The notes beneath the pieces are model-generated. The model ran no database searches. It was given only the letters and a program-made list of their open reading frames with translations, and was not told the origin of the DNA. Of a stretch of 64,000 bases of DNA, positions 52,657-64,000 are shown in pieces. Source of the stretch: Vairimorpha necatrix (lineage: Eukaryota); NCBI GenBank assembly GCA_036630325.1, contig CP142729.1, positions 682,001-746,000 on the forward strand, written 5' to 3'. Position 1 is the stretch's first letter. The number at the start of each line of letters is the position of its first letter. The translations under genes were made by a program, and so were the position numbers.

Positions 52657-54279
52657 CATAGTATCAACCGTCCTCCAGACTATGATCCATAGGATGGTTT
52701 CTAAAGTCTTCATTACATGGTACATTGTAGATTATCGTATATATAATTTATTTGGGTATAATATTCGGCTTATTAATTACTTTTCACAAGATACGCTTAC
52801 AGTCTCATCTGGCTGTTCCAGGACTTCCTTTGAGATTCACTCATTTGGCTCTCGAAGACCCCTTCCTGATCTGTATCAAGCCCATGCCTGGCTGACATAG
52901 TTAGGCTTTCTAAAGTCATTTTAAGTACTCTTGACTGTATATATGCTTCCGTTCTGGGTTATAATCTGAGCACTTTGATATGCGTACGGTGAAAATTAGT
53001 TACTATTCCCTCCCACGTCATCACATAAGGAATAATTTCCGGCTTGTTGTAGATTTTCGTATATTATTATTTTTATACATATTAGATAGAAATATCTGAA
53101 AATAGAAGATTTAATATCTACATACGAATAAATAATTGTCATTAATTTGCGTTAAATCTTAAAGCAAATTAGGCAATTCTATAATTGTATTTTAGGGTTA
53201 ATTACCATGAACAGTATGTTTATTTAATATAACAATTTATTATCAATAGAAAAATCTAAGATCAACACACTTTAGTCAACCTGTTTAATGTATAAAATTT
53301 GAGCATTTGATTTTTTTGGCTTAAAATAAAGAAGGTCGAAACATGTACAAGTTTTAAAAAAAATCGAAAAAATATCATAATAAAATTGTATGAAACCAAA
53401 ATTAACAATTTATTTACGTACTTTTGTCTAGCTTCTTTTGTATTTTTGATTTATACACGTTTTTTTAATTTCAATGAATAATAAACGAGAGATTGATCAA
53501 TTTTTACATAATAAATAGTATTTTAAGTAAATAACAATGATATAAATAATATTTTAAAGAAATAATTAGCACAAAAATATATGAGTTTAACTTCAAAAAG
53601 AAATACGCCAAATCAATATAAGTGATGATATATACGACATAAAAATATTTCAATGGCACAAACTTTATTTTTTTAAAACTTAATAAAAATCAATAAATTA
53701 CTAAAAGACAAATTGATGGAATACTGTAAAAAAAGTAATTATTATAATTAATTTCCTCCTTAAACATTATAAAATGATTGAGAAGGCAATAATAGCAATT
53801 AAAATTATATTTTTATCACATGAAAATGTGTAAGATTCAATATATTCTACATTACAGATTCTTTTAAACGAACCTTTAGGATTACATACACTTAAAGGGG
53901 GTATTGTTATGTTTTGATAAATTTTTCAAATTAGATCTTTTTAAGATAGTTTTAGTGATTTACATTTTTTATTTCCTCGTTTACGATCCGGCTATCATGT
54001 ATCCGAACTAGAATAAAATTTAAGTTTTTTGGGGGCCATGCTGAAATGATCCGTTATATATGATTACACAAAAGTTTCAGACTTTACATAAAATTTCATT
54101 TCTGTATGTTTTCTTGTATTATAATTACTTTGTTTTCCCACAGATTTCTCAAAGACATTTGTTTTTTGATATAATCGTATTTATATAGCATGTATTTTTT
54201 CTTCCGCGCTTAACATTTTATTTTCTAATGAAAATTTATATACATAATAACAATTGTTTTTATTGTAATTTTAACGGCA

Positions 54280-54609
54280 TGTAGTATAATATTTAATACC
54301 ACATGATTTATGTGACCAATAAATGATGAAACGCTGATCTAATCCTATATACTTCAAGCAGCTTTCTCAGTTAGTGGACAATTCTGTAACACTAAATTCT
54401 ATTGGCTACCCACAACTATAAATAACGAAACTTATCGCTAAACACGATGCCTAAGAATATCATCAGCCGCACTTCAGCTCGGGCCTATGACGCCTCTAAC
54501 AATAAAATTTAACCTCTAAATTTACACCTACCCTGGGAATCCACGGTTCACATAACCGTAACACTATTAAATGCTTTCATGAACTGTCACAATTCTGTTA
54601 AATACGCCA
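54280..54609 (+). mobile_element. Solo LTR, distant relative of the 25311/27545 LTRs
   Basis: Starts TGTAGTAT...ATACCACA and ends TAAATACGCCA like the 25311 LTR; body matches 2353-2600. Confidence 0.7.
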
Positions 54610-54899
54610 CTTCTGTAAACACTATTAAGATTTTATTTATTGTGCATGTTGTAACTCTAAGTACAAATCATTGCTCTTTATCAATCATCAAACTGTTTCA
54701 TCACAAGCTGGTCCAATTGAATATGGTTATCACTAATCAGTGTTTCAGAATTAAATATAAAAGAAAAAGTTTCTTAATAAACATGCAATTTCATTCAGAC
54801 TCGTCTGCTATTTCCAACAGTGCAATTTATAAAAAGCATATAATAATTTAGTATCATCAAACTGAAATTGGGCTTTAAAATCGTTATATAATTATAGTC

Positions 54900-55460
54900 T
54901 AACAGACTTATTTTGGAATTGTTTTTAAGAGCCCTTTAGGTAATAATTAATGAAAAGAAGATATTTATTTTGTAATTTTTATAGAAAATTTTTAACCAAT
55001 AAAAAAAACGTACCGAAGGCGAATTATTATATGTATAAAATTATCTTTCTCACAATCATATTTCATTGTACGCAAGGTATTAAAACGACCCCATTCCTTC
55101 AATCGTTTTATTTGGAATTTTAAAGAGACCCTTACATTCTGTTTAAGTAGTTTGATCCCATAAATTTTGCGTATTCTTCTTCGTGATATACGATTTCATG
55201 TTCTCCGCCAATTTTAGAAAACAGCATATGTACACAGCAGTCGACAATCATTTTCAATTACTATATTAGGGTTATTGTTTTCTTAAAAAAACTTGGTTCA
55301 TATTTTTAATTCAATTTTTCATCACTTCAAAATTCGTTTTCGTGTTTTTATCCAAAAGCACTTATTTATCGAATCGTTTTTTATAAATTCATAGATTTTT
55401 AATGATTTCACAAATTTTCTTTTTTATGACACTTTTTCCCCTGTAATGGGTTATCCTTCC
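54900..55460 (-). mobile_element. Possible internally deleted Merlin remnant
   Basis: Minus-strand KIGGEHEIV (about 55195-55215) and KTIEG (about 55100) only. Confidence 0.35.
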
Positions 55461-56341
55461 CAAAGCACACGTTTTGCTTAATTGTATTTAAAATTTCTCG
55501 TATTTCGTCCTTGATATTCACTTTATAGTTTTATGAAACAAAGTTATTTTGCTAATATCGAATTCATAATTTTTTAAACATGAATACGAAGTAAAAAAGG
55601 TACTCGTATAAATCTACCCTGATTTAATATTTGCATATCTTTAATTAGGCCTTGATTTTTTACACAGTAAGTAAGAAAATCTTAATATAATCAATTAAAA
55701 CATGACATTGTATTCAGAATCCACTTTCCAGAACATTTCAATTATGATTAGCTTGTTTTGATTAAGCCATATCGATAATTGAAGGTCAAAACAGCATATT
55801 ATGAAAAAAAATTTCGATCTGGGCTTTGTTGTTTTGATAGCTTTAAATTTTTAGATGTTGGTTGACTTATACTAGTTTAGAGCTTATTCCCGGAAAAACT
55901 CTTATTTTTTATATTCTTAGATTCGAAAATGATCCTTGAGAAATCGAGTAAAACATTTAAAACATAAATATCTGGTTTGTAATTTTGGTATAATGCTAGA
56001 AGAACAACCCCTTACAGTCCATTTCATTTTTATAGACACCTTGTTTCATTTTTATAGAACCCTTGTTCTAAAATTTATTTTACTTTCCTTTAAAATTTTT
56101 AACCCTTAAAATATGAGAAACCTAAATGTCAGAGAAGAACTTGGGGAATATCGTACAGAAGAATCATTTGTCGAGATAGAAGATGAAACGCAGTCTTCTG
56201 CCCCCAAAAAAACTAGGAAAATGATTACCGGGTCGATAATCGAAAGTTTTCTTTCGTTACTTGACACTGGTATGAAACTTATTGATATGGAAGTTGCTTT
56301 AAATCTCAGTAAGTCTAGCGTCAAACGCCTATATAAAAGAT

Positions 56342-57364
56342 GGCTAAAGTTAGCTTTAGGACGCAAATTTCGATTTAGGGTTTTTTTGTTTTTTTTTGCC
56401 CCTTTTTTTAAAAAATGGAAGAAAGAAAATGACAAGAGCAGAATTAGAAATGCTGTTTGAAAATTTAATTACTAAAAGACAAAATCAGATTTGCAGTGTG
56501 TGTGATAATAGAATGAGATTCACGAGAAAACAAAGTTGTGTTTTAATTTGTACCTGGAAAGATTGTAAGAAGCAAACATCGATATGGACGAATACTTTCT
56601 TTGAAAACTCCAAACTCGATCATATCACAATTTTGCAGGTACTAAATTTGTGGATTCTTGGCTATTCTCGTAAATTTATTTGCCAAATTCTCAGTTGTTC
56701 AAAACCTTCGATATCTTTTTTACTTAAAAAATTAAAGAAATTAAATCTCTATGATAAATATTTATCATCTTTAAACAAGATAGGAGGAGAAGATATCATT
56801 GTTGAAATTGATGAAACTAAAATCGGAAAAAATAAATATAACAGAGAAAAATTAGTGAAGGGGTTTTGGTGTTTCGGCATGATAGAACGTACTATCGAAC
56901 GTAAGATTGTGGTTCTATATATTAAGAAAAGAGATAAAGAAACTCTTACAGATCTCTTATTGAAATTCGTTAATACAAAAAGCACTGTATATAGTGATAT
57001 GTGTAGGGCTTATCATTCTTTGGACACCTTATTCAAAAAACATTATATGATAAACCACTCATTAAACTTTTGAGATCCAAATACTGGAGTACACACCGAT
57101 ACCATTGAAGGTAATTGGCGTTCACTCAAAAATTCCATACTTAACAGAAATAGGTCAAAAAAACAGCGGCAAACTTTATTTACTTAGGTATATGCCCCAG
57201 AGAAATTCCTCTAATTCTGTTTTCGATGCATTATTAAATTTATTGTTCTAATTAGAATTTTTGTTCCTTCCTCCACATTTTCTTTCTTCCATTTTTTAAA
57301 AAAAGGGGCAAAAAAAACAAAAAAACCCTATATCGAAATTTGCGTCCTAATGCTAACTTTAGCC
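56342..57364 (+). mobile_element. Merlin transposon with about 90-bp TIRs; transposase from 56429 with a premature stop at 57071
   Basis: 8-bp TSD TAAAAGAT (56334-56341 / 57365-57372); TIRs 56342-56431 and 57276-57364. IGGEDIIVEIDETK, WCFGMIER, YSD, INHS, HTDTIEGNW. Confidence 0.95.
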
Positions 57365-58390
57365 TAAAAGATATATTACAGGAGAATTTACCAACTTTTC
57401 AACTTTTAAAACGGCAGGACAAAAAAAGAGTGAATTTTTAATAGATATTTCTATGGTTTCAAATATTATTGCATCGGAAATAGCCCTGAATCCTTGTCTA
57501 GGTCTTTATAATTTATCCGATAAATTGCAAAATGTAAATTGTACGGGACATTACTCTAAGTCAACTGTTTGCAGACTTGTTAAAAAATTGGGGTATAGTT
57601 CTAAAATCCTGACCTGATTTCACTAAATAGAGACAGTCCTCAGAACAAGCTGTTTTTGTCCCAATATTCGAGAGTAATAGATATCATATCGAATGATAAT
57701 TTAATATTTCTCGATGAAACTGGTTTAAATCTGCACCTTAACAATACTTTTGGTTATTATATAAGAAATACTAAGTGTTGTGTAACGGTCCCGAATTCGA
57801 AAGGGACTAATGTTATTTTAATGTGTGCTATAAGCGTTAATGGATTATATGCGCATAAAACCAAAGTCGGAAGTTTTAAATCTGCAGATTTTGTCGAATT
57901 CATTAACAATAATTTACCTATTTGTGAGCAAGAGGAAAACAGAATTTTAATATTGGATAACTCATCTATACACAGAACAGCCGAAGTAGCCGCCGCTCTT
58001 AGAAACAAAGGATACAGTCTAAAACTTCTTGCTCCATATTCTCCACAACTAAACCCCATCGAGGAGTTTTTTAACAGTTTCAAGTCCCGAGTAAAACAGA
58101 GACCTAGACCAACAACCACTCCTTTGTTAATTGATTGTATTGAGGACGTGTTGAACACAGAAGTATTCGTCATGGATGGTTACTTTTCTCATATGAGAGA
58201 ATTTATCGAGAAAGCTCTTGTCAATGCGGATTTTTTCTGAATTAATAAAATTAAAAATTTTAATTTAAAATTTCTAAGATATTTTCATTGTTTGGCATGT
58301 AAATATTGATGTTTATATCTTTATCGTTATCTCTTCTTTACGATTCAACTATATAAATAAATTGGGAAAAAAATAAAATAAATTTTATAA

Positions 58391-58500
58391 CAAGGTGTCT
58401 ATAAAAATGAAACAAGGTGTCTATTAAATTGAAACAAAGTGTCTATAAAAATGAAACAAAGTGTCTATAACAATGAAACAAAGTGTCTATAAAAATGAAA
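58391..58500. repeat. Five tandem 22-bp units CAA(G/A)GTGTCTATAAAAATGAAA in the right TIR of the Tc1 element
   Basis: Directly visible; two inverted units at 56022-56065. Confidence 0.95.
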
Positions 58501-58735
58501 AGGACTGCAAACTTCAAAACGCTCATCTGTTGACAACCCCTACAATTTTTTAGTATGTCTCTAACCTTAACTTCTTATATCTTTCAATGATCACCTTTCA
58601 AACCATAACAAACTGCCTTTGCTGAACCATGCGCTATCACATCATGTTTCTTAAGAACATCTTCCACTTAAACATCCTATCCTTTAATACTGCATCAATA
58701 CAAGCAGTTCTACTTAATACATCCGCTGGATTTTC

Positions 58736-59822
58736 GGCGCTCCTTAAATTCAAAATCACAGGGGTTAAAAAATTAAAAAATTTGCGAACATGTATTGTAA
58801 ACATTCTACAAAAAAATTCCAAATGCCCCTATGATTTTGAATTTAGAAAAAGCAATTTTTTTTGAATTTTAATTTTTTACCCCTAATGCAAGTAAAGAAC
58901 CTCTACGGCATAATCTTTGTTGAAGAGGAACCAGCAATAGAGTACTTAAAGTCTCTAAACTTCAAAAGACATACTGTAAAGTGTGACTGTGGTTGTTTTA
59001 TGAACCAAGTCAATTCCAAAAATTACTTGGAAGGAATCCGCTTTTATTGCACGAATGGCTGCAAAAAAAGAAAAAGTATCAAAAATGGTACTTTTCTCCA
59101 GAAGTCTCTAATGCCCACACATAACAACTTAGAATGGTGTGTTGGGTAATGAAAATGACTAACCCCATGGCCTCAGTAACATGCGAGGTCTTCGAGCCCA
59201 CATATATTTCTTTCAGGGGGGTCATCCTTATAAAAATAAAAAATGAAATAAATACATTTTTTGTAAAAATAGGGGAATAGGTAAAACTTTTCAGGTTGAC
59301 GAAACAGCAATCTGTAGAGGTCGTGTTATACAAATCCTACTACAGAGGAAGATGATATACCTGGAACGACTTGGTTGGTTTGGGGCATAGAAAATGAAGA
59401 TAGGGACTGTTTTCTAAAAATTGTTCCTAATAGGACTGCGGCTGTGATGTTAGAGCTTTTTAAAAAGTATGTTGTCGAAGGAACGATAATAAGAACTGAT
59501 GGTTTTGCATCTTACCGTTCTGCTGTTCGTGACTTCGGATATGTTCATGAAGTTGTTAATCATAGTGTTGGCTTTACTAATGAGTATGGACATCATACTA
59601 ATAAAATAGAGAATCTATGGAGTCGTTTAAAAACATAATTAAGAACAAGAAGAGAATAATGAAGGTGAATATGGAAGATTTTATATATGAATTCCAATTT
59701 AGAAGTAAATATCTAAAAGACAAAAATATCGATACTTATGCTGAAATTTTCAAAAAAATACTTTTGTTAAAATAAATGGTTTTAATTTTTTAACCTCTGT
59801 GATTTTAAATTTAAGGAGCGCC
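58736..59822 (+). mobile_element. Merlin transposon, decayed ORF from ATG 58886
   Basis: TIR of about 43 bp GGCGCTCCTTAAATT(C/T)AAAATCACAG; 8-bp TSD GGATTTTC (58728-58735 / 59823-59830). QVDETA, RTDG, VNHS, HTNKIENLW. Confidence 0.95.
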
Positions 59823-61946
59823 GGATTTTCTTCACCTTAAATGTGTTTTATTTCAAAATCATATTCTTGTAACAGTAATGACCATCTTGCTAATCTTCCC
59901 TTCAAATTTCGTGACTAAACCAACCACTGCAATGCTTTACGATCCGTTCGTAGCTCAAACTTATCCCCAATTAAATGTGGCCTTGACGCTGTCAATGCCT
60001 TAATTACAGCTAACAATTCTTTTATTTTAGCAGAATAGTTTCTTTCCGGTTTTGAATGAATTTTACTAAAAAACCTAACAATTTTCTCTTCTCCATTATG
60101 TATCTGTGACCAAATCGCCCCACTCTCTATGTCAGAAGCGTATGAGTAAAATGAATTCCCCTCCCATTCTGGGCAACGCCATCCATGTTGTTTCCCTAAC
60201 TTCTAACTTCAATGCTTCTATTGATCTCTTGTTCTTCTCATCATCCTAAATCGTCTTAAGCTTCCCTTCATTTCCCTCCTTCAGAAAACCATATAAATAC
60301 TCTGTGTGCTCAAATACATTTCTCAAAAACCGATTGCAATAATTAATCAATCCCCAAAACGATTCCAAATCTTTCCTTGACGTGGGCAGAGGCATATCTA
60401 CAATTTGCTTAATACTATCATCATCAATTCTAATGCCATTCTCCCCAACTGTTGCTTCCAAAATATTTAGCTCTTCTTTTCTGTATTCACATTTCGACAC
60501 ATTTAAATTTAAACCAACCTCATCTAATACTCTTAACACTTGCTTTAATGCACTTCATGCTATTACTTATTCTGACTGTAAAGTAAAGTTCTACTATGTA
60601 AACAATCACACATTTACCAATCAATTCTCTTAATACATTATTCATTGCTTCTCTGGAATGTTGTCTGTCCATTTTTCAAACCAAATGGCATTCTTAAAAA
60701 CTCAAATAAACCATCTCTACATCCAAAGGCCGTCTTCTCCACATCTTTTCACTAATTCTAATTTGATGATCCCCCAATAAAGCATCCAACTTTGTGAAAG
60801 TATTAGTTCCGTTCAACTCATCTATCAACTCTTCGATCCTTGGCATGGATAAAGCGTCTGACCTGCAACATGGTTTAATCTCCTATAATCTATACACATT
60901 CTTCAACCTTCTTTCTTCTTAATATTACCACCGGACTCCGCCATAGACTCTTAGAGGGTTTAAAATTCCTTGTTAATAATACTCTTCAATCTTCTTCTTA
61001 ATTCCACCCTCTATTGACATACCATTCCTATATATCGGCGTCATAACTCGAGCAGCATTTCCTGTGTCTATTGTATGTTCTCCTAACTTTTTTATACGCT
61101 CATCAATACTGAAGACCTGAAATTTTTCTTCCATGATAATGTCAGTTTGTTCCTTCTCAAAAACGGCCTTTCCAAAATTATAACATAACCCATTTTAGTA
61201 ACAACAATAGATTCTTCAGTAAACTTTGTATCATTCCACCAGAAGGACAATAAAACCTGTCTTAAAACACCGTTTTATCTTCTCCTGCCAACTTTAAAAC
61301 CACACCAGTATCCATAAAGTTAACTTTTTCTGGAATTTATTTTTTACAAATTACATTTACCGCAGAACATAAATCTAACAACGCTTTATAACTAATTTTC
61401 TCATCTTTTATATGATCTATCGGGAACGAGTCTAATGCACACACATCAGCTTCTATAGCTCTTAATTAAATTAAATTGCTTTTATTGAAACTATCTTCCG
61501 CTTCCTTTCCCCCGCTCCTCTTCGTGCCAGATTCCACAATGGATGCAATTTTCTTCTGGAATTTAAAACATTGTCTCTTGATATGACCTAATCTACAGCA
61601 ATAAAAACATCTTACCTTGCCCGTCTCTGGTGTCCCTACATTACCTAATTATGACGCAAATTCTGTATTCTTAACTGCATCAACTTCGTAGACATTGGTT
61701 TAATTACCCTCAGCTGATATCTTCCGCCACTGCAGCCCACTACAAATATTATATATGTACGACCACGACAACTTTTCCGGAAAATTTAACATGATCGTAC
61801 TTCCTATATTCTCTGGTAATCCGTTGATCACAAACGCTACCAGAACATCCTCTGGTATTCTGGCACGTTGCGACAACCCATTAATCTTGTCCAAATAGCA
61901 CATAATAGACCCTTTTTGAAATTTTGTCCCGGCCATTTCCTTAATT

Positions 61947-63047
61947 GGTGCATCTTTAGTAACGTGCCGGAAGGTAACACCCCCCCTTACAGACAAAATT
62001 TTGAAAAAAAATAAGAAAACGATTTAAAAATGTTTTTTTAATTCAGTAGTTTAGATAAAAGATCAACAAAACCCTTATAGAAGTCTCCCATATCATCTTC
62101 TCGAAGCATAAATTTCCTATACATAAATTCATCGAGCCATGTATCTATCTCCGACCGTTTTACTCCATGTTCTTTGGTCATTTCAGACTTAAGTTGAGAC
62201 CATACGTTCTCAATATTATTTGTATGAATACCATCAGGAGATAAAAAACCTATAGAATGATTAACAACTTGATGACTTAGACATAAATTTTCTGCCACCC
62301 CAGGATAACTAGGATGACCATCGCTATGTAAAACCGAACCTACACAAATTCTTCCCTCTAGAGCAGCAGTAAGGCACTCAATGGTTCTTTTCTCTACCCT
62401 CGTAATGTAGAAGTTTGAAGGATTTTGAGCATCTATTATGCCCAAAATCCAAACGGTGTCCCTTATAAAGTCGTCCGAAGAGGTAGGAGATCTTATTTTA
62501 CCCCTTCTGCATATAACAGACTCATCTACTTGAACGACTTGCCCGGGTCCTCCGATTATAATTCTATTCTTTAGCAAATCTTTATAGATCTTTCTGAGGC
62601 TGCTTTTTACGGCAGAGATTGTAGCTGTTGAAACGCCCAATCTTGCCATCAACTGAAAGTAAGAATATCTGCATAATATTCCAAATACAAGGTCACAGAA
62701 TGTATGAAGAGGAACCTTGCAGCCTTTATTCACAGCCAACCGCGCACTGCATTTGTAGTTCGAACAGCGATATGCTACTCTTGTAACGATTTCTTCCTTG
62801 ACAGGACCCAATCTCATGTTACATCCACATTTGGAACATGATTTTTGCTCCTTCAGCACTTCTAAGTCAATTAAAGCTTCTAAACAAGTGTCAACGTTAT
62901 AAAAAAGCCTTTGTATATTCACAAGTTTAATTTTTGTGCTTTTCTTTAGTAACGTGCCGGAGTTTTCTAAATCGATGTTGTCCATTTTAGGGGTAAAAAA
63001 ATATTTTTTAAAAAAACAAAATCCCGGCACGTTACTAAAGATGCACC
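61947..63047 (-). mobile_element. Intact Merlin DNA transposon (1101 bp)
   Basis: Perfect 24-bp TIR GGTGCATCTTTAGTAACGTGCCGG; perfect 8-bp TSD CCTTAATT (61939-61946 / 63048-63055). Confidence 0.97.
62038..62985 (-). CDS. Merlin DDE transposase, 315 aa, uninterrupted (start MDNIDL at 62985)
   Basis: CSKC...C..C, QVDES, WILG, HSDGHPSY, VNHS, HTNNIENVW, WLDEF. TTTTTTACCCCTAAA precedes the ATG; the longer ORF-track start lies outside the TIR. Confidence 0.93.
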   Translation of the reverse strand: MDNIDLENSGTLLKKSTKIKLVNIQRLFYNVDTCLEALIDLEVLKEQKSCSKCGCNMRLGPVKEEIVTRVAYRCSNYKCSARLAVNKGCKVPLHTFCDLVFGILCRYSYFQLMARLGVSTATISAVKSSLRKIYKDLLKNRIIIGGPGQVVQVDESVICRRGKIRSPTSSDDFIRDTVWILGIIDAQNPSNFYITRVEKRTIECLTAALEGRICVGSVLHSDGHPSYPGVAENLCLSHQVVNHSIGFLSPDGIHTNNIENVWSQLKSEMTKEHGVKRSEIDTWLDEFMYRKFMLREDDMGDFYKGFVDLLSKLLN

Positions 63048-63399
63048 CCTTAATTAATCTCACGCACGTCGTTTCCCCTTTAAATCTCGCCAAAAATAAA
63101 CTAGACAGCTCCTCAAATCCACACATAAATGGAACTGTCTCAACTCATAGTTTTGCTTCCCTCTTAGGCAGTTTAAAAACACAAATAAAAGTTGACTCCT
63201 CTATTTATATACCCCTGCATAACATCTTAAAGTCTTCAAAAAAGTATCTAAATCATCTTCTGTTTTCTCATTAAACGTTATCCCAAACAATTTTTCATTC
63301 GTTGTCGCCAAATTATTGTCAGTAAACATTTATTATAACATGAGGGGTACAAATAATAAGGAATAAATATTACAGAAAGGTACATACCACATTGTGGAA

Positions 63400-64000
63400 T
63401 TTTTTTAAATCATATATACAAATGAAATAAAATTATCTCTATTCTATATCTTTTCTATTTGGGTTAGAATTATTTAGAGATCTCCAATTACCTTCTGTGG
63501 TATTGGTATGTAATCCTGCATCTGGCTCTAAAATGTAATGTGTGTGTAATCATATGATGCTGTACAAATATTGTATTTGCGAAATGATCCGCTCTATATC
63601 ATCGCTATATATTATGCTGCTTCTACCTACAAATTTTGGTAGAAGTATAGTAAATGTTCTTTTACCTCTTTTCTTAATATAGCCTAGCATAATTTTACGT
63701 TAAATAATACGTTCAATAATTCGAAAATACCAAAATCTTTTTACAAACTTCCCGGGGTGTTATATTCTTCCCCATCTTAGTCTGATCAATTGCCAATATA
63801 ATATTTTCGCCTCCAACGTTTCTTATAATAGATAAATACTTATCATAAATATTCGTTTCTTTTGCCCATTTAGCACGTTATTATACTAACGCTAGTACGA
63901 CCTAAAATTTGAGAAATAGACTTAGCGGATAACCTAGAATTCACATATTTAGCATTTGCAATTTTTTAACGTGATTTAGCTAGAATCGCGAATGTTTGTT
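63400..64000 (-). mobile_element. Decayed Merlin remnant running off the window
   Basis: Minus-strand VGGENIILAIDQ (about 63780-63820), FWYFRIIER, IIYSDD. Confidence 0.7.

Larger units (their letters stand above)
48440..53045 (-). mobile_element. 3' fragment of an R4-like non-LTR element, target of the Gypsy at 48628
   Basis: Minus strand 53040-52900 reads EIIPYVMTWEGIVTNFHR...EAYIQSRVLK. Continuation to the left of the Gypsy insertion is inferred; left boundary approximate. Confidence 0.6.
56015..58507 (+). mobile_element. Tc1/IS630-type DD34E DNA transposon, interrupted by Merlin
   Basis: TA|CAGTCC...GGACTG|CA; TIRs built from 22-bp units. Transposase from ATG 56113 (HTH-like) to 58240 with FLDETG, LDNSSIH, 34 aa, PYSPQLNPIE. 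Confidence 0.92.
58508..63400 (-). mobile_element. Decayed Ty3/Gypsy element interrupted by two Merlins and bounded by the Tc1
   Basis: PBS TGGCGACAACGAA (63310-63298), gag remnants with knuckle CFYCCRLGHIKRQC (about 61570-61610), RT CIDYR and RMPFG, RNase H, KGEENPADVLSR across the 58736 insertion. Confidence 0.88.

Noticed and set aside
58391-58500. CRISPR-like array
   Set aside because: Units are directly tandem with no spacers and are part of a Tc1 TIR; no cas genes.
56015-58507. Fanzor/TnpB cargo in the Tc1/IS630 element
   Set aside because: The only insert is a Merlin with its own TIRs and TSD; no RuvC-like ORF is seen and there is no room for one.
62986-63126. 362-aa gag-transposase fusion ORF
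   Set aside because: The extra 47 aa are decayed gag plus TIR read in frame by chance. The upstream gag has stops, and the real start with its CCC signal is 62985.

Overview
This is a very AT-rich eukaryotic window with no recognisable intact host gene. It is almost entirely a nested transposable-element island. Short T-run + CCC/GGG motifs just before start codons, plus the TE mix, suggest a large-genome microsporidian (inference). Content: five Ty3/Gypsy LTR elements (mostly decayed), a gag-integrase-only LTR derivative and solo LTRs; about a dozen Merlin (IS1595/ISXO2-like) DNA transposons, two with intact transposase ORFs, perfect 24-bp TIRs and 8-bp TSDs; a DD34E Tc1/IS630 element; an R4/Dong-like non-LTR retrotransposon plus fragments; two decayed Helitron RepHel remnants; a TTAA-flanked Kolobok-like MITE; and a decayed repeat-protein gene. 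The most unusual object is a 2.5-kb TGT...ACA DNA transposon (32699-35244, 5-bp TSD) encoding a stand-alone retroviral-type integrase (Ginger2/TDD-like). It carries a tRNA-like Pol III A/B-box module pointing outward through its GC-rich palindromic end. Other notable patterns: gag frames start inside the LTR and translate through a shared tRNA-Ser-like PBS; four Merlin families with different TIRs have an inverted inner TIR copy at the transposase start; one LTR family has a structured U5-like end and no canonical PBS. All calls come from reading the sequence by eye; no searches were run.
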